A stretch of 60,963 nucleotides of DNA from a bacterium (GCA_031362565.1 JANLSU010000130.1:1-60963); one strand, 5' to 3'. Positions 39,132 to 48,944 are shown, numbered from the stretch's first letter. Made by a program: numbers and translations. Notes: generated from the letters alone by a model not told the origin.

Positions 39132-39668
39132 CTATTTGTGGTCGGGAATGAAGACGAGCGCCACCGAATTCATGCAGTACCGCAAATGAGTCGGCGCCGG
39201 GCCATCGTCGAAGACATGCCCGAGGTGTCCGTCGCAGCGAGCGCAGGTCACTTCATCGCGCTCCATCCCCAGCATCTTGTCCTTGCCGATCTTGACGTGC
39301 TGGGGATTCAACGGTTCCCAGAAGCTCGGCCAGCCGGTTCCGGAGTCGAACTTGGTCTTGGAGCTGTAGAGATCGTAGCCGCATGCCGAGCAGCGATAGG
39401 TTCCGGCCGCATGTTCATCCCAGTACTTGCCCGTGAAGGCCCGCTCGGTGCCTTTTTCGCGCATGACGTTGTACTGCTCGCCGGTCAGCAATTGCTGCCA
39501 TTCGGCGTTCGTCTTGACGATGCGATCGGGGGTGTTGGGATCGGCCGTGACGGCCGCGGGCGTAGCCATGGGCGCTGTCTTCGCGGCGGGCTTGTTGGCG
39601 GCGATTCCGGCCACCGCCGCCAGAACGAGCGCCGCGCAGACGAGGCCAACGCGGGACTTGGATTTCAT
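39132..39668 (-). CDS. msrB: Methionine-R-sulfoxide reductase with signal peptide
   Basis: GTERAF, KFDSGTGWPSF, HLGHVFDDGP, RYCMNS, two CxxC; hydrophobic leader. Confidence 0.93.
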   Translation of the reverse strand: MKSKSRVGLVCAALVLAAVAGIAANKPAAKTAPMATPAAVTADPNTPDRIVKTNAEWQQLLTGEQYNVMREKGTERAFTGKYWDEHAAGTYRCSACGYDLYSSKTKFDSGTGWPSFWEPLNPQHVKIGKDKMLGMERDEVTCARCDGHLGHVFDDGPAPTHLRYCMNSVALVFIPDHK

Positions 39669-39788
39669 GATCCGGACACTCCTGTTCGTCGAGTCAGCGG
39701 TCGAGGCGCCGGTGCGTCGCCGCAAGTTGGGGGGTGAGGCCCATCCTCTGATGCCCAAGCCCCTCTACAGGGAAGAACCGGCGCTCGG

Positions 39789-40014
39789 ATGAAAAAATGC
39801 CCGCCGGTGCCGCTTTTCGCTGCCGGCGCCGCCAGAGCGGTTCACGCCACTGTAATAGTTGGCGGACAAGAGATGTTCCCGATCAAGGACATCGGTGAGG
39901 GGCGGCAAACGATGGGCGTCTTTCAACGGCCCGAGCAACATCATCATCAAGGAAAAGTCCGGCAATGTCGCCGACATCGCCACGTACGATGTTGCTCTCA
40001 ACGGACTGTTTTGA
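39789..40014 (+). pseudogene. Degraded fasciclin (FAS1) domain gene with large internal deletion and frameshift
   Basis: MKK..TVIVGGQEMFPIKDI in one frame, then VRGGKRWASFNGPSNIIIKEKSGNVADIATYDVALNG-stop in another; these match recalled N- and C-terminal ends of bacterial fasciclins. Confidence 0.65.
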
Positions 40015-40293
40015 TGCTTGATGTCCGGGCTCACGGCTGCGTGGAACGCGTTACGGCTTGACTGGTGGGCGGCGCGGTGCCGATTTGCAACAGGATGTGT
40101 CCTGCAATGCCGCGAGCGCCGGATATTTCGCTGAACGTCACCCGGCGGACACCCAAGCAGAACCCCCCGCCGGGAGCCGAAGGGAGCGCAGTTTGTCCCC
40201 GTGATCCCTGCGCCCCCGAGCCGGGATCGATTTGTGAGGTGTCGTCCACGCGTCTGGCGAGGGTCTTGCTCCATCGACCGCGGGAGACTCTTC

Positions 40294-41634
40294 ATGGCAC
40301 TCGTCATCACGACGCTCGGCGTACTCGCGACTTTGGCGCCTCTCGCTGCCTTCTCGGTTCGCCGCGAACGGCAGAAGCAACGTCGCGCTCGCATCGCCCT
40401 CGCACGCGCCCAAGATACGGGTGCCCACGAACCGATGTCGCTGCACCCAGTCATCGATCCTTCGGCGTGCCTCGGCTGCGGCGGCTGCGTCACCGCGTGT
40501 CCCGAAGGCGACATTCTCATGCTCATCGAGGGACGCGCCCGGCTGGTGCACGGTTCACACTGTGTCGGACACGGGGCGTGCAAAGAGGCCTGCCCGAATG
40601 ACGCCATCGAACTCGTGTTCGGCACGGCGACACGGGGGGTGCAGATCCCCGAAGTCGCGCCCGACTATCAGTCGAACGTGCCGGGTGTCTACATCGTCGG
40701 CGAGTTGGGCGGCATGGGGCTCATTCGCAACGCCATCGGCCAGGGCCTGCAGGCCGTCACCCACATTGCTGCCGCACTGCCGCAGAAGCGTGACACCAGC
40801 TTGTTGGACGTTTGCATCGTCGGCGCCGGTCCGGCCGGGATGGCGGCAGCACTCGCCTGTCGCGAGCGCGGGCTGACGCACGTTCTCTTCGACCAGGAGG
40901 GATTGGGCGGCAGCGTCAACCACTATCCGCGTCGCAAGCTCGTTATGACGGCACCGGTCGAACTGCCAATCGTCGGCACGATGCATTTCCGCGCGATCGA
41001 CAAGGAGGGCCTCATCACCTATTGGACCGAGGTCGCACGGCAAGCGCAGATCGAAGTGTGCGCCCCGGAGCGCGTCGAGACCGTGCGGCGTGACGATGCG
41101 GGCTTCATGATCACGACTGACCGGCGCACGATCAGAGCGCGGCGCGTCGTGCTGGCCATCGGCAGGCGCGGCACGCCGCGCAAGCTTGGCGTGCCGGGCG
41201 AGGACTCGTCCAAAGTCGCGTACCGCTTGCTCGAGCCAGAGCGCTGGGCCGGCCAGCACGTGCTCGTCGTCGGGGGTGGCAACAGTGCCGTCGAAGCCGC
41301 GGCGGCGCTTGCGGAAGGCGGCGCTGCGGTGACGCTCAGTTATCGTGGCGCAGCCTTCAATCGCGTTGCCGAAGCCAACCAAACACGTTTGGCGGCCGCG
41401 CGCCGCCATCAACTCGAGATTGCCTTCGAAACCCAAGTGCTCCGCATCGCGGCGGAACACGTGTGGCTCACGACCCCGCAGGGTGAGCGGGTCTTGCAGA
41501 ACGATCAAGTTTTCGTGTTCGCGGGTGGCCAGTTGCCGGATGCCTTCCTGCAGCACATCGGGGTGCGCATGCAGTGGCACCACGGCGAGCGCGCGCCGCG
41601 GCCGGCGGCACCGCCGCGGAGGGCAACCGTATGA
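40294..41634 (+). CDS. Membrane-anchored 4Fe-4S ferredoxin / NAD(P)-FAD oxidoreductase fusion (thioredoxin-reductase-like)
   Basis: N-terminal TM; CLGCGGCVTACP, CVGHGACKEACP; GAGPAG; GGGNSAVE. Confidence 0.88.
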   Translation: MALVITTLGVLATLAPLAAFSVRRERQKQRRARIALARAQDTGAHEPMSLHPVIDPSACLGCGGCVTACPEGDILMLIEGRARLVHGSHCVGHGACKEACPNDAIELVFGTATRGVQIPEVAPDYQSNVPGVYIVGELGGMGLIRNAIGQGLQAVTHIAAALPQKRDTSLLDVCIVGAGPAGMAAALACRERGLTHVLFDQEGLGGSVNHYPRRKLVMTAPVELPIVGTMHFRAIDKEGLITYWTEVARQAQIEVCAPERVETVRRDDAGFMITTDRRTIRARRVVLAIGRRGTPRKLGVPGEDSSKVAYRLLEPERWAGQHVLVVGGGNSAVEAAAALAEGGAAVTLSYRGAAFNRVAEANQTRLAAARRHQLEIAFETQVLRIAAEHVWLTTPQGERVLQNDQVFVFAGGQLPDAFLQHIGVRMQWHHGERAPRPAAPPRRATV

Positions 41635-42611
41635 TCGAACGCCCCAATGTCGCTGCGCCCCATTCACCGGCCGGCACGCCGGCCGGTGCGCGTCCGGCGC
41701 CGTCGGGCGTGCATCCCGCCCCGCGGCCCAACATGCGCCGGTCGCGCCCAGTGCGACGCCAGCGCACGCCGTTTCTCATCGACGCCGTCTTGATTGCGGG
41801 TTGGTTCGCTCTGGCGCTGCTCGGCAGTAGCTACTACCGATTGGCTCCGGAAGCGCGCTTGCATCATGCGTGGCACGCGCTGCTCAAGCCGTCCGGCGTG
41901 GTCGGGCTCGCGTATGGGTACTTGGGCACGGCGTTCATTCTGCTCTTGCTCGGGTATTCGTTGCGGAAGCGGTGGCGGCGGCTCCGGCAACTCGGTGCGC
42001 TGCGCCGCTGGCTCGATGTCCACATCACGTTCGGCCTTCTGGGCCCGGGCTTCATCACGTTGCATGCGGGGTTTCGCATTCACGGCGCCATCGCGATTGG
42101 GTACTGGGCGATGATCGGCGTCATGGCGAGCGGCTTCGTCGGATACTACTTGTACCGGCAATTGCCGAAACTCATTGCCGGCCAAACCGATCAATCGGAA
42201 CTCCTGCGGGTTGAAACCGACGCGCTCGATCAAGAACTACGCGAGCATTTCGGGCTCGACGCCAAGGAGATCGAAGCGCTGCGGCGCGCCGCCGGCGTCG
42301 AACGCGCGGCGCAGCTTGGCGCCCTCGGGAGCCTGGGTTTCTTGATTGGCCAGGATCTGCGCTTTGCGCTCGGGATGTGGCGTTATGGCGGGCTCGGCCG
42401 GCGCCGCTATCCGCGCGCCGAGGCGGCGCGCCTGCGCGGGCTCGTACGGAGCCGCATTCTCGTCGAGCGGCGGCGAGCCTTCCTGCGCCAGTCCGAAGCC
42501 CTCTTCGGGTATTGGCACACGATCCACAAACCGTTCGCGATCGTGTTGTACGTGATGATGACGGTGCACATCGCGATCGCAGTGTGGCTCGGATACGCGT
42601 GGGTGTGGTAA
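41631..42611 (+). CDS. Integral membrane protein, ferric-reductase/cytochrome-b-like
   Basis: About 5 TM with His motifs WLDVH, TLH, WHTIHKP, VHI. Confidence 0.7.
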   Translation: MIERPNVAAPHSPAGTPAGARPAPSGVHPAPRPNMRRSRPVRRQRTPFLIDAVLIAGWFALALLGSSYYRLAPEARLHHAWHALLKPSGVVGLAYGYLGTAFILLLLGYSLRKRWRRLRQLGALRRWLDVHITFGLLGPGFITLHAGFRIHGAIAIGYWAMIGVMASGFVGYYLYRQLPKLIAGQTDQSELLRVETDALDQELREHFGLDAKEIEALRRAAGVERAAQLGALGSLGFLIGQDLRFALGMWRYGGLGRRRYPRAEAARLRGLVRSRILVERRRAFLRQSEALFGYWHTIHKPFAIVLYVMMTVHIAIAVWLGYAWVW

Positions 42612-42616
42612 CGGCC

Positions 42617-44368
42617 ATGGGTGGTGCGATGCGGGCGGGCGGTGTTTGGATGGGAATGGCGGCGGGACTAGCGACTCTTCTGCACCCGGCGACCGGGCGC
42701 GCACAGTTCTCGCCTGGACACCTGGCACACGCGCACGCGTCCATCGACGGGCCGACGCAATGTTTCCAATGCCACGAGCCGCGCAAGTCGACGACCGCCG
42801 GCCGTTGCCTCAACTGCCATCGGGAGGTCGGCGCGCGCCTCGCGGCCGGTTCCGGCTTTCATGGGCATCTGCCCGCGGACAAGCGCCGACAATGTGGCAC
42901 TTGTCATGCCGACCACGGTGGAACCAAGACAGTGCTCATCGTCTGGCCGGGTGGACGTCGCGAGGCGTTCGACCACGGTCTTACGGGCTTTGCGCTCACC
43001 GGGAAGCACATCTCGACGCAGTGCGATGCGTGCCACAAGCCGGATTTGATTCGCGCCGCGGACGTCGAAGAAGCGAAGAACCTGCAACTGGCGACCACCC
43101 ACCTCGGACTCTCGACCCGCTGTGTCGAGTGCCACAAGGATCCGCACGCCGGCCAGTTCGCGTCGCGCGTGACGCGCGACGACTGCGCCGCATGCCACGT
43201 CACCGCAGCGTGGAAAAGGGTGACGTTCGACCACGCCACCGCGCGGTTTCCGCTCGCCGGCAGCCACGCGCGCGTGGCCTGCGCCAAGTGCCACTACTCC
43301 GAGGCTGCAGCCGGGGCGCGGGTCGCCGCCGCGACACCCGGGGCGATGGTCCGTTACCGGCCGTTGGGCAAGGCCGCTTGTGCGGAGTGTCACCCCGACC
43401 CGCACGCCAATCGCTTCGGCAACGACTGCGCCCAGTGTCACTCGGCGGAGAGCTGGCATCGAGTGGTCGCCGGACGCTTCGATCACGAACGGACCCGCTA
43501 TCCACTCACCGGGCGCCACGCCACGGTCGCCTGTGAACGCTGCCATTGGCTCGACAACGCCGCCGGCGCGCGGGTGGTTGAGAATACGGCCGGCGCCAAA
43601 CGCCACTATCGGCCGATCGCCTTCGAGGCCTGTACGACCTGCCATGCGGATCCGCACCAGAAGCGCTATGGAATGGACTGCGCGCGTTGCCACGCCACGG
43701 TTGGCTGGAAAGACATCACGGCCGGCGGCATCGATCACGACAAGACACGCTTTCCGCTCCGCGGCCGCCACATCCCGGTCGCCTGTGAAAAGTGCCACAA
43801 GGGGCGCGACTTCAAGCAAGCATTGGCCTTCGACCGCTGTACGGTCTGTCACGCCGATGCGCACCGCGGCGAACTCGCGACCCGGGCCGACCGCGGTGCA
43901 TGCGAATCCTGCCACACAGTCGATGGCTTCACGCCGGCGCACTTCGATGCCGAAGCACACGCGAAAACTCAGTTCCCGCTCGCCGACGCGCACCGGGCGG
44001 TGGCGTGCGTCACGTGTCACGCTCCGAAGGACGCACTGGGGGCGAAAGCGGTGTTTCACTTCAAGTTTGCAGATGAGCACTGCGCGGCGTGCCACGCCGA
44101 TCCGCACGCTGGACAATTCGCCGCCAAAACCGGTGGCGCGACCGATTGCGCCCGCTGCCACACCGCATCCATGTGGCGCTTGTCCTATTTCGATCATGCG
44201 GCGACCCGGTTCCCGCTCGACGGCGCGCACTCGCGCGCTGCCTGCGCGGCGTGTCACCGTTCCCAATTGCTCGCGGGCCAGTCCGTAGTGCGGTACCGGC
44301 CCCTCGACACCGCTTGCCGCTCGTGTCACTCGGATCCGCCGCGCGCGAAGCGCGTCAAAGGGACGTGA
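42617..44368 (+). CDS. Multiheme cytochrome c, 20 CxxCH motifs
   Basis: Signal peptide then QFSPG; 20 CxxCH counted; repeating FDH..T.FPL.G.H unit. Confidence 0.93.
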   Translation: MGGAMRAGGVWMGMAAGLATLLHPATGRAQFSPGHLAHAHASIDGPTQCFQCHEPRKSTTAGRCLNCHREVGARLAAGSGFHGHLPADKRRQCGTCHADHGGTKTVLIVWPGGRREAFDHGLTGFALTGKHISTQCDACHKPDLIRAADVEEAKNLQLATTHLGLSTRCVECHKDPHAGQFASRVTRDDCAACHVTAAWKRVTFDHATARFPLAGSHARVACAKCHYSEAAAGARVAAATPGAMVRYRPLGKAACAECHPDPHANRFGNDCAQCHSAESWHRVVAGRFDHERTRYPLTGRHATVACERCHWLDNAAGARVVENTAGAKRHYRPIAFEACTTCHADPHQKRYGMDCARCHATVGWKDITAGGIDHDKTRFPLRGRHIPVACEKCHKGRDFKQALAFDRCTVCHADAHRGELATRADRGACESCHTVDGFTPAHFDAEAHAKTQFPLADAHRAVACVTCHAPKDALGAKAVFHFKFADEHCAACHADPHAGQFAAKTGGATDCARCHTASMWRLSYFDHAATRFPLDGAHSRAACAACHRSQLLAGQSVVRYRPLDTACRSCHSDPPRAKRVKGT

Positions 44369-44372
44369 GATC

Positions 44373-45761
44373 ATGCTGAATCGAGCCATCCAGCGCCGCG
44401 CCAAGCGATGCCCCACCGCCGTGTGCGTGCTGCTTGCGGCGCTGATCGTAGCCCGATCCGCGGCCGCCGCCGCGCCCGTCTGGGGTGCGCGCCCCGCGCC
44501 CGCACCGGGGCTCGGGCCCGTGGTGGTGTTGGCCATGAATGAGGCGCCGGCGCCAGTGTCGGCGCCGGCGCCAGGCAAGGCCCTGGCGGTCGAGAACCCG
44601 CACGGCAACATCAAAGCGGCCTGCGAAGAGTGTCACACCGCCGAGAGCTGGACCAAGATGCGCCGGCCGACGCGCTTCCAACACGCGTCAACGGGCTTTC
44701 CGCTCGACGGGCGCCACGCATCGGCGGAATGCCGCGCTTGTCACGGCTCGCTCGGGTTTTCCCGCGTCGCGACCAGTTGCGTCGACTGTCACCGTGATGT
44801 CCACGAGGGTCGCAAAGGCCTCCGGTGCCAGGAATGTCACACCGCGAGCCGGTGGGTGGATCGCTCGGACGCGGTGCGGCGGCACGCCAGCACCGGCTTC
44901 CCGCTGCGCGGCGCGCACGCCCTCGTGGAATGCGCCCGCTGCCACGGCGGCTCGGACGAAGGACACTTGACGCGCGCGTCCACGGCCTGCGCGTCGTGCC
45001 ACGCGAGCGACTATGCCGCGGCGCGCAACCCCGACCACAAGGCGCTCGGTTACTCGACCCAATGCCAAGACTGTCACGACGCGGCGCGCACCACGTGGAC
45101 CGGCTCCGGCTTCAATCATGCCGCGACCGGGTTTGCGCTGACGGGTGCTCACGGCTTGGTTGGGTGCGCGTCGTGCCACCCTAACAACCGGTTTGCCGGC
45201 ACGCCGACCGATTGTTACGCGTGCCACCGGACGAATTTCGAGGCCACCACCAATCCGAATCATGTTGCCGGCGGGTTCGCGACGGCGTGTGTCACGTGTC
45301 ACTCGACGAATGCCTGGCGTCCGGCGGCGTTCAATCATGCGGCGACGGGCTTTGCGCTTACGGGGGGACATGCTTCGGTTGCGTGCGCCTCCTGCCACCC
45401 GAACGGCCGGTTCACGGGCACGCCGACCGATTGCTACGCATGCCACCGCACGAACTACGAGGCGGCGCTGAATCCACCGCACGCCGCCAGCGGCTTTGGC
45501 ACGACCTGTACCACGTGCCATACAACCACCGCATGGCAGCCTTCGACCTGGGACCACGACGCGCAGTTCTTCCGCATCTATTCGGGCACCCATCGCGGCC
45601 GCTGGACGAGTTGTGCGACCTGCCATACGAGCCCGAGCAATTTCGCCGTGTTTACGTGCTTGCAGTGTCATTCGCAGTCGGCGACGGATCCTCATCACAG
45701 CAACGTGTCGGGGTATCGCTATGACAGCAACGCCTGTTACTCCTGTCACCGCCGGTCGTGA
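44373..45761 (+). CDS. Multiheme cytochrome c, 16 CxxCH motifs
   Basis: Signal peptide, Pro/Ala linker, 16 CxxCH counted. Confidence 0.93.
   Translation: MLNRAIQRRAKRCPTAVCVLLAALIVARSAAAAAPVWGARPAPAPGLGPVVVLAMNEAPAPVSAPAPGKALAVENPHGNIKAACEECHTAESWTKMRRPTRFQHASTGFPLDGRHASAECRACHGSLGFSRVATSCVDCHRDVHEGRKGLRCQECHTASRWVDRSDAVRRHASTGFPLRGAHALVECARCHGGSDEGHLTRASTACASCHASDYAAARNPDHKALGYSTQCQDCHDAARTTWTGSGFNHAATGFALTGAHGLVGCASCHPNNRFAGTPTDCYACHRTNFEATTNPNHVAGGFATACVTCHSTNAWRPAAFNHAATGFALTGGHASVACASCHPNGRFTGTPTDCYACHRTNYEAALNPPHAASGFGTTCTTCHTTTAWQPSTWDHDAQFFRIYSGTHRGRWTSCATCHTSPSNFAVFTCLQCHSQSATDPHHSNVSGYRYDSNACYSCHRRS
45111..45548 (+). repeat. Intragenic tandem duplication, two copies of 219 bp (73 aa, three hemes each)
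   Basis: TTCAATCATG starts at 45111 and 45330; FNHAATGFALTG..CASCHPN.RF.GTPTDCYACHRTN is repeated. Confidence 0.85.
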
Positions 45762-45765
45762 CGCG

Positions 45766-47376
45766 GTGGGTCACGGATTCGTGCGGGGTGCTTGGCGCTG
45801 GATCGCGCTGGTTGCGGCTCTCGCCGCCGCCGGCGCGCGCCCGGCAGAGGCTGCGACGGCACGCATCCAATATGTTTCGAGCGGCAGCGTCTACCTCGAT
45901 GCGGGCCGCGCTGCAGGCCTCGCCGAAGGCGCGCATCTGCGCGTCGAGCGCCAAGGCCAGGTCGTAGGCGAACTCGTCGTGGAGTTTGTCGCGGAGAACT
46001 CGGCGGCCTGCAAGGTGCTTTCGGCGACCGCTGCGCTTGCGGGCGGCGATTTATGTGTGTTCGAAGCGCCGGCCGCGCGCGCTCCCGGCACCACTTCTCC
46101 GACCGGGCCGCAACCGCCACCGGGTCCGTCGACAGCGCGCGATCGAAACTCAAAACGCGCCTCCGGCGGCAGCGCTGTGCGCGGCAGCCTGGCCTTCGTC
46201 TACCGAGAGTACTCAGCCGACGACGCCACCTCCAGGACACCGGCCGTGCGTGCCAACGTGCGCTGGGAAGGCGACGAGCGGCAAAGACTCGAAGTGCGCG
46301 TCTACGCCACCCACCAAGCGCTCGATCTGGGTGCGGCGACTTCGAACGGTGTGTCGCGTCTCTATGACGCGGCGTTGCGCTATCGCGCGGCGCGCGACCG
46401 GTTCGGGATCGACGGTGGGCGCTTCGTCCCGGAGCGCTTGGAATGGATGGGTTCGATCGATGGTGCCGCGGCCGCGGTGCGGCCGCTTGCCGGACTACGC
46501 TTGGGATTTGCCGGTGGGCGTGCGGCGCGCCTCGAGTGGGGGGAACCGTCGAACCTCGGGCAGCGCTGGGGTGGATTCCTCGAAGCCAATGACGCGCGTC
46601 CACAGGGCCCGGTCCGGTGGCGTGTCGTGGCCGGTGGCGTGCGTTTGCAAGATGCGTCGGTGATCCAGCGGCAGTTCGGTTTCCTGCGCACCGACGCGCG
46701 GCTAGGAGCGCGCGTTCGTGCGTATGACTTGTTCGAAGTCGACGTCAATCCGGCGTGGAAACGGCGGCTCGGAGAACCGCACGTGACACTGACATCCTGG
46801 GGCGCGGGGACCGACGTGTCGTTGCCGCACAATCTGGAAGCGACGGTCGGGGTGGATTCGCGCCGCGACGAGGTGTTGCCCCAAATCGGCAGCGTCCCGA
46901 TCGTGCCGGCGCCGGTTTCCGAACGCACCAACGGCATCAATGCGGGTCTCGCGCTGCGTCCGTCGCTGTGGAGTTCATTCCGGGTGCGAGGTGACGTTCG
47001 CACCCGCAGCGATGGCAGCCGCGCCACACGTTCATGGGACGCGAGCGTCGCGGCGACGCCACCGCAGCTCCGGCAAGTGACGGGCATCCTTCACGTGAGC
47101 CTGCACGATTCACCGTTCGAGCGCGGCGAGATCACCGATGCGAGCCTCTCCTACGCCGTAACATCGATGTGGCGCTGCGACGTGGCGGCCGGCTCGTACC
47201 GGTCGCGCGGCGGCTCGACCGGAGTCGTGCCGGGAACCGGGGATCCACGCCGCAATTGGCTCCGGCTCGGCGCCGACCTGCAACTCGGCGGCGGCACGTG
47301 GCTGTCGGGAAGTGGGGAGTGGCGCTCGCAAGCCGGTGGGCGTGACGTGTTCGTGGAAGCGGGGCGCCGTTTCTAA
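45766..47376 (+). CDS. Putative outer-membrane beta-barrel (porin) with N-terminal soluble domain
   Basis: Signal peptide ending AEA, Pro-rich linker, amphipathic strands, terminal Phe (VFVEAGRRF). Confidence 0.7.
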   Translation: MGHGFVRGAWRWIALVAALAAAGARPAEAATARIQYVSSGSVYLDAGRAAGLAEGAHLRVERQGQVVGELVVEFVAENSAACKVLSATAALAGGDLCVFEAPAARAPGTTSPTGPQPPPGPSTARDRNSKRASGGSAVRGSLAFVYREYSADDATSRTPAVRANVRWEGDERQRLEVRVYATHQALDLGAATSNGVSRLYDAALRYRAARDRFGIDGGRFVPERLEWMGSIDGAAAAVRPLAGLRLGFAGGRAARLEWGEPSNLGQRWGGFLEANDARPQGPVRWRVVAGGVRLQDASVIQRQFGFLRTDARLGARVRAYDLFEVDVNPAWKRRLGEPHVTLTSWGAGTDVSLPHNLEATVGVDSRRDEVLPQIGSVPIVPAPVSERTNGINAGLALRPSLWSSFRVRGDVRTRSDGSRATRSWDASVAATPPQLRQVTGILHVSLHDSPFERGEITDASLSYAVTSMWRCDVAAGSYRSRGGSTGVVPGTGDPRRNWLRLGADLQLGGGTWLSGSGEWRSQAGGRDVFVEAGRRF

Positions 47377-48782
47377 GCGCCGGTGCCGCGGCGTTTCCAG
47401 AGCCAATAGACGGGAACGCCCGACAGCAGGATCCCCAGGCCGATGGCGCTGTTGGCGGGGTACTTGTAGACGGTATTAATCACCATGACAGCGCTCGCGA
47501 CGATGAAGAGCGTGGTCGTCACCGGATGGCCGGGAATCTGGTAGGCGACCGGGCCGGCACTGCCGTTGGCGGCATCGCGGCGCCGCAGCACGAAGACACA
47601 GCTCGCCGCGAGTCCGAAAAAGATCCAATCCACCGATACGACGTAGTTCAAGATTTGCTCGTAGCGCCCCGACAATGCGATCACGATGGCCAGAACTCCT
47701 TGCAGTGCGATGGCGACGACCGGAACGCGCGTCCGGGGATGCAGCCACGCCACGCGCCGCAGAAACAATCCATCTTGCGCCATGGCGTAGTACACGCGCG
47801 GTGCGGTCAACATGCTCTGGCCGAGGAAACCGAGGGTGGAGATGGCGATGCCGGCGGCGATCAGCCGCGCTCCCGTCGTGCCGAGCGCCGCCCGCATGAC
47901 GTCGGACGCGGGGGTGACCGTGGCCGCGAGTCCGGCGGTGCCGAGCACCCGGATACAGACGAAGTTCACCGTCACGTAGAGCGCGACGACGCCACAGACA
48001 CCGATGATCAAGCCACGCGGCAAGTTCTTGCGCGGCTCGCGCACTTCGGCGGCGATAAAGGACGCCGTTTGCCAGCCGCCGTACGCGAAGAGTACCGGAA
48101 CCATGGCGGCGCCGACCGCCGTCACGAGATCGAAAGACGGCGGACGGTCGAGCCAGCGGCCCGCTCCGGGCGTTCCGAGAGTCGGTGCAGCACCCTCGGC
48201 CACCCACAAACCACAGGCGATGAGGGCTAAGATCGCGATGACCTTGAGCACCATGAGAACGTTCTGCACCGTGCTGCCGCTCCGGACGCCGAAGCAGTTG
48301 ACCACGGTGAGTGCGCCGAGGGCGAGTGCCGTGACAGTGCCTTCCGCGAGCGGCGAGCCTGTCAGGTCGATGACGTAACGCGCGAACGTCACACCGACCG
48401 CCGCCATGCCGCCCGTTTGGGTCACGAGCAACAGCCCCCATCCATAGATGAACGCCAGCAGTGGGTGATACGCCTCGCGAATGTAGGCATACTGGCCGCC
48501 CACCGCCGGGCGGCGTGCCGCGAGTTCCGCATAGATGAACGCCCCGGCCAGGGCAATGACGCCGCCCGCGATCCACACGCCAAGGATCAGAAACGGCGTG
48601 TGAACCTGCTTCGCCACGACATACGGATTCATGAAGATGCCGGAACCGATGATGCCGCCCATGACGATCATCGTGGCATCGAACGGTCCCAAGCGCCGCA
48701 CGAGTCCGTTGCCGGATGCGCCGGCGGCAGTGGGCGCATCGAGCGTCGAACCTGTCGCAGGCGTGTGCTTTGGATCGGCCAC
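47373..48782 (-). CDS. APC-family amino acid permease
   Basis: GGIIGSGIF, YAELA, GGQYAY, FAYGGW, EVREPRKNLP; GAGG RBS with GTG start. Confidence 0.9.
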   Translation of the reverse strand: MADPKHTPATGSTLDAPTAAGASGNGLVRRLGPFDATMIVMGGIIGSGIFMNPYVVAKQVHTPFLILGVWIAGGVIALAGAFIYAELAARRPAVGGQYAYIREAYHPLLAFIYGWGLLLVTQTGGMAAVGVTFARYVIDLTGSPLAEGTVTALALGALTVVNCFGVRSGSTVQNVLMVLKVIAILALIACGLWVAEGAAPTLGTPGAGRWLDRPPSFDLVTAVGAAMVPVLFAYGGWQTASFIAAEVREPRKNLPRGLIIGVCGVVALYVTVNFVCIRVLGTAGLAATVTPASDVMRAALGTTGARLIAAGIAISTLGFLGQSMLTAPRVYYAMAQDGLFLRRVAWLHPRTRVPVVAIALQGVLAIVIALSGRYEQILNYVVSVDWIFFGLAASCVFVLRRRDAANGSAGPVAYQIPGHPVTTTLFIVASAVMVINTVYKYPANSAIGLGILLSGVPVYWLWKRRGTGA

Positions 48783-48888
48783 CGGCGCTGCACCTCGCGG
48801 GATTGTGGACGCATCGCGGAAGTTGTGCCCCCAAGGTATGATGCCTTTGCCGGGACCGGCAAGCACCTCTTGCGGCGGCCGGCGGCTC

Positions 48889-48933
48889 GCAACGATTCGA
48901 ACTTCTGCAACGATTCGAACTTCTGCAGCGATT
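48889..48933. repeat. 18-bp tandem repeat, 2.5 copies (GCAACGATTCGAACTTCT)
   Basis: Exact copies at 48889 and 48907, partial copy at 48925. Confidence 0.85.
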
Positions 48934-48944
48934 GCGACGGGACG

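Noticed and set aside
39132..39668. Selenocysteine MsrB
   Set aside because: The catalytic residue is an ordinary Cys (RYCMNS); no in-frame TGA.
40225..40250. CRP/FNR/Rex site upstream of the cytochrome operon
   Set aside because: Only a TTGTGA half-site; the second half does not match.
48889..48933. Possible CRISPR array
   Set aside because: Units are adjacent with no spacers, only 18 bp long, and no cas genes are present.
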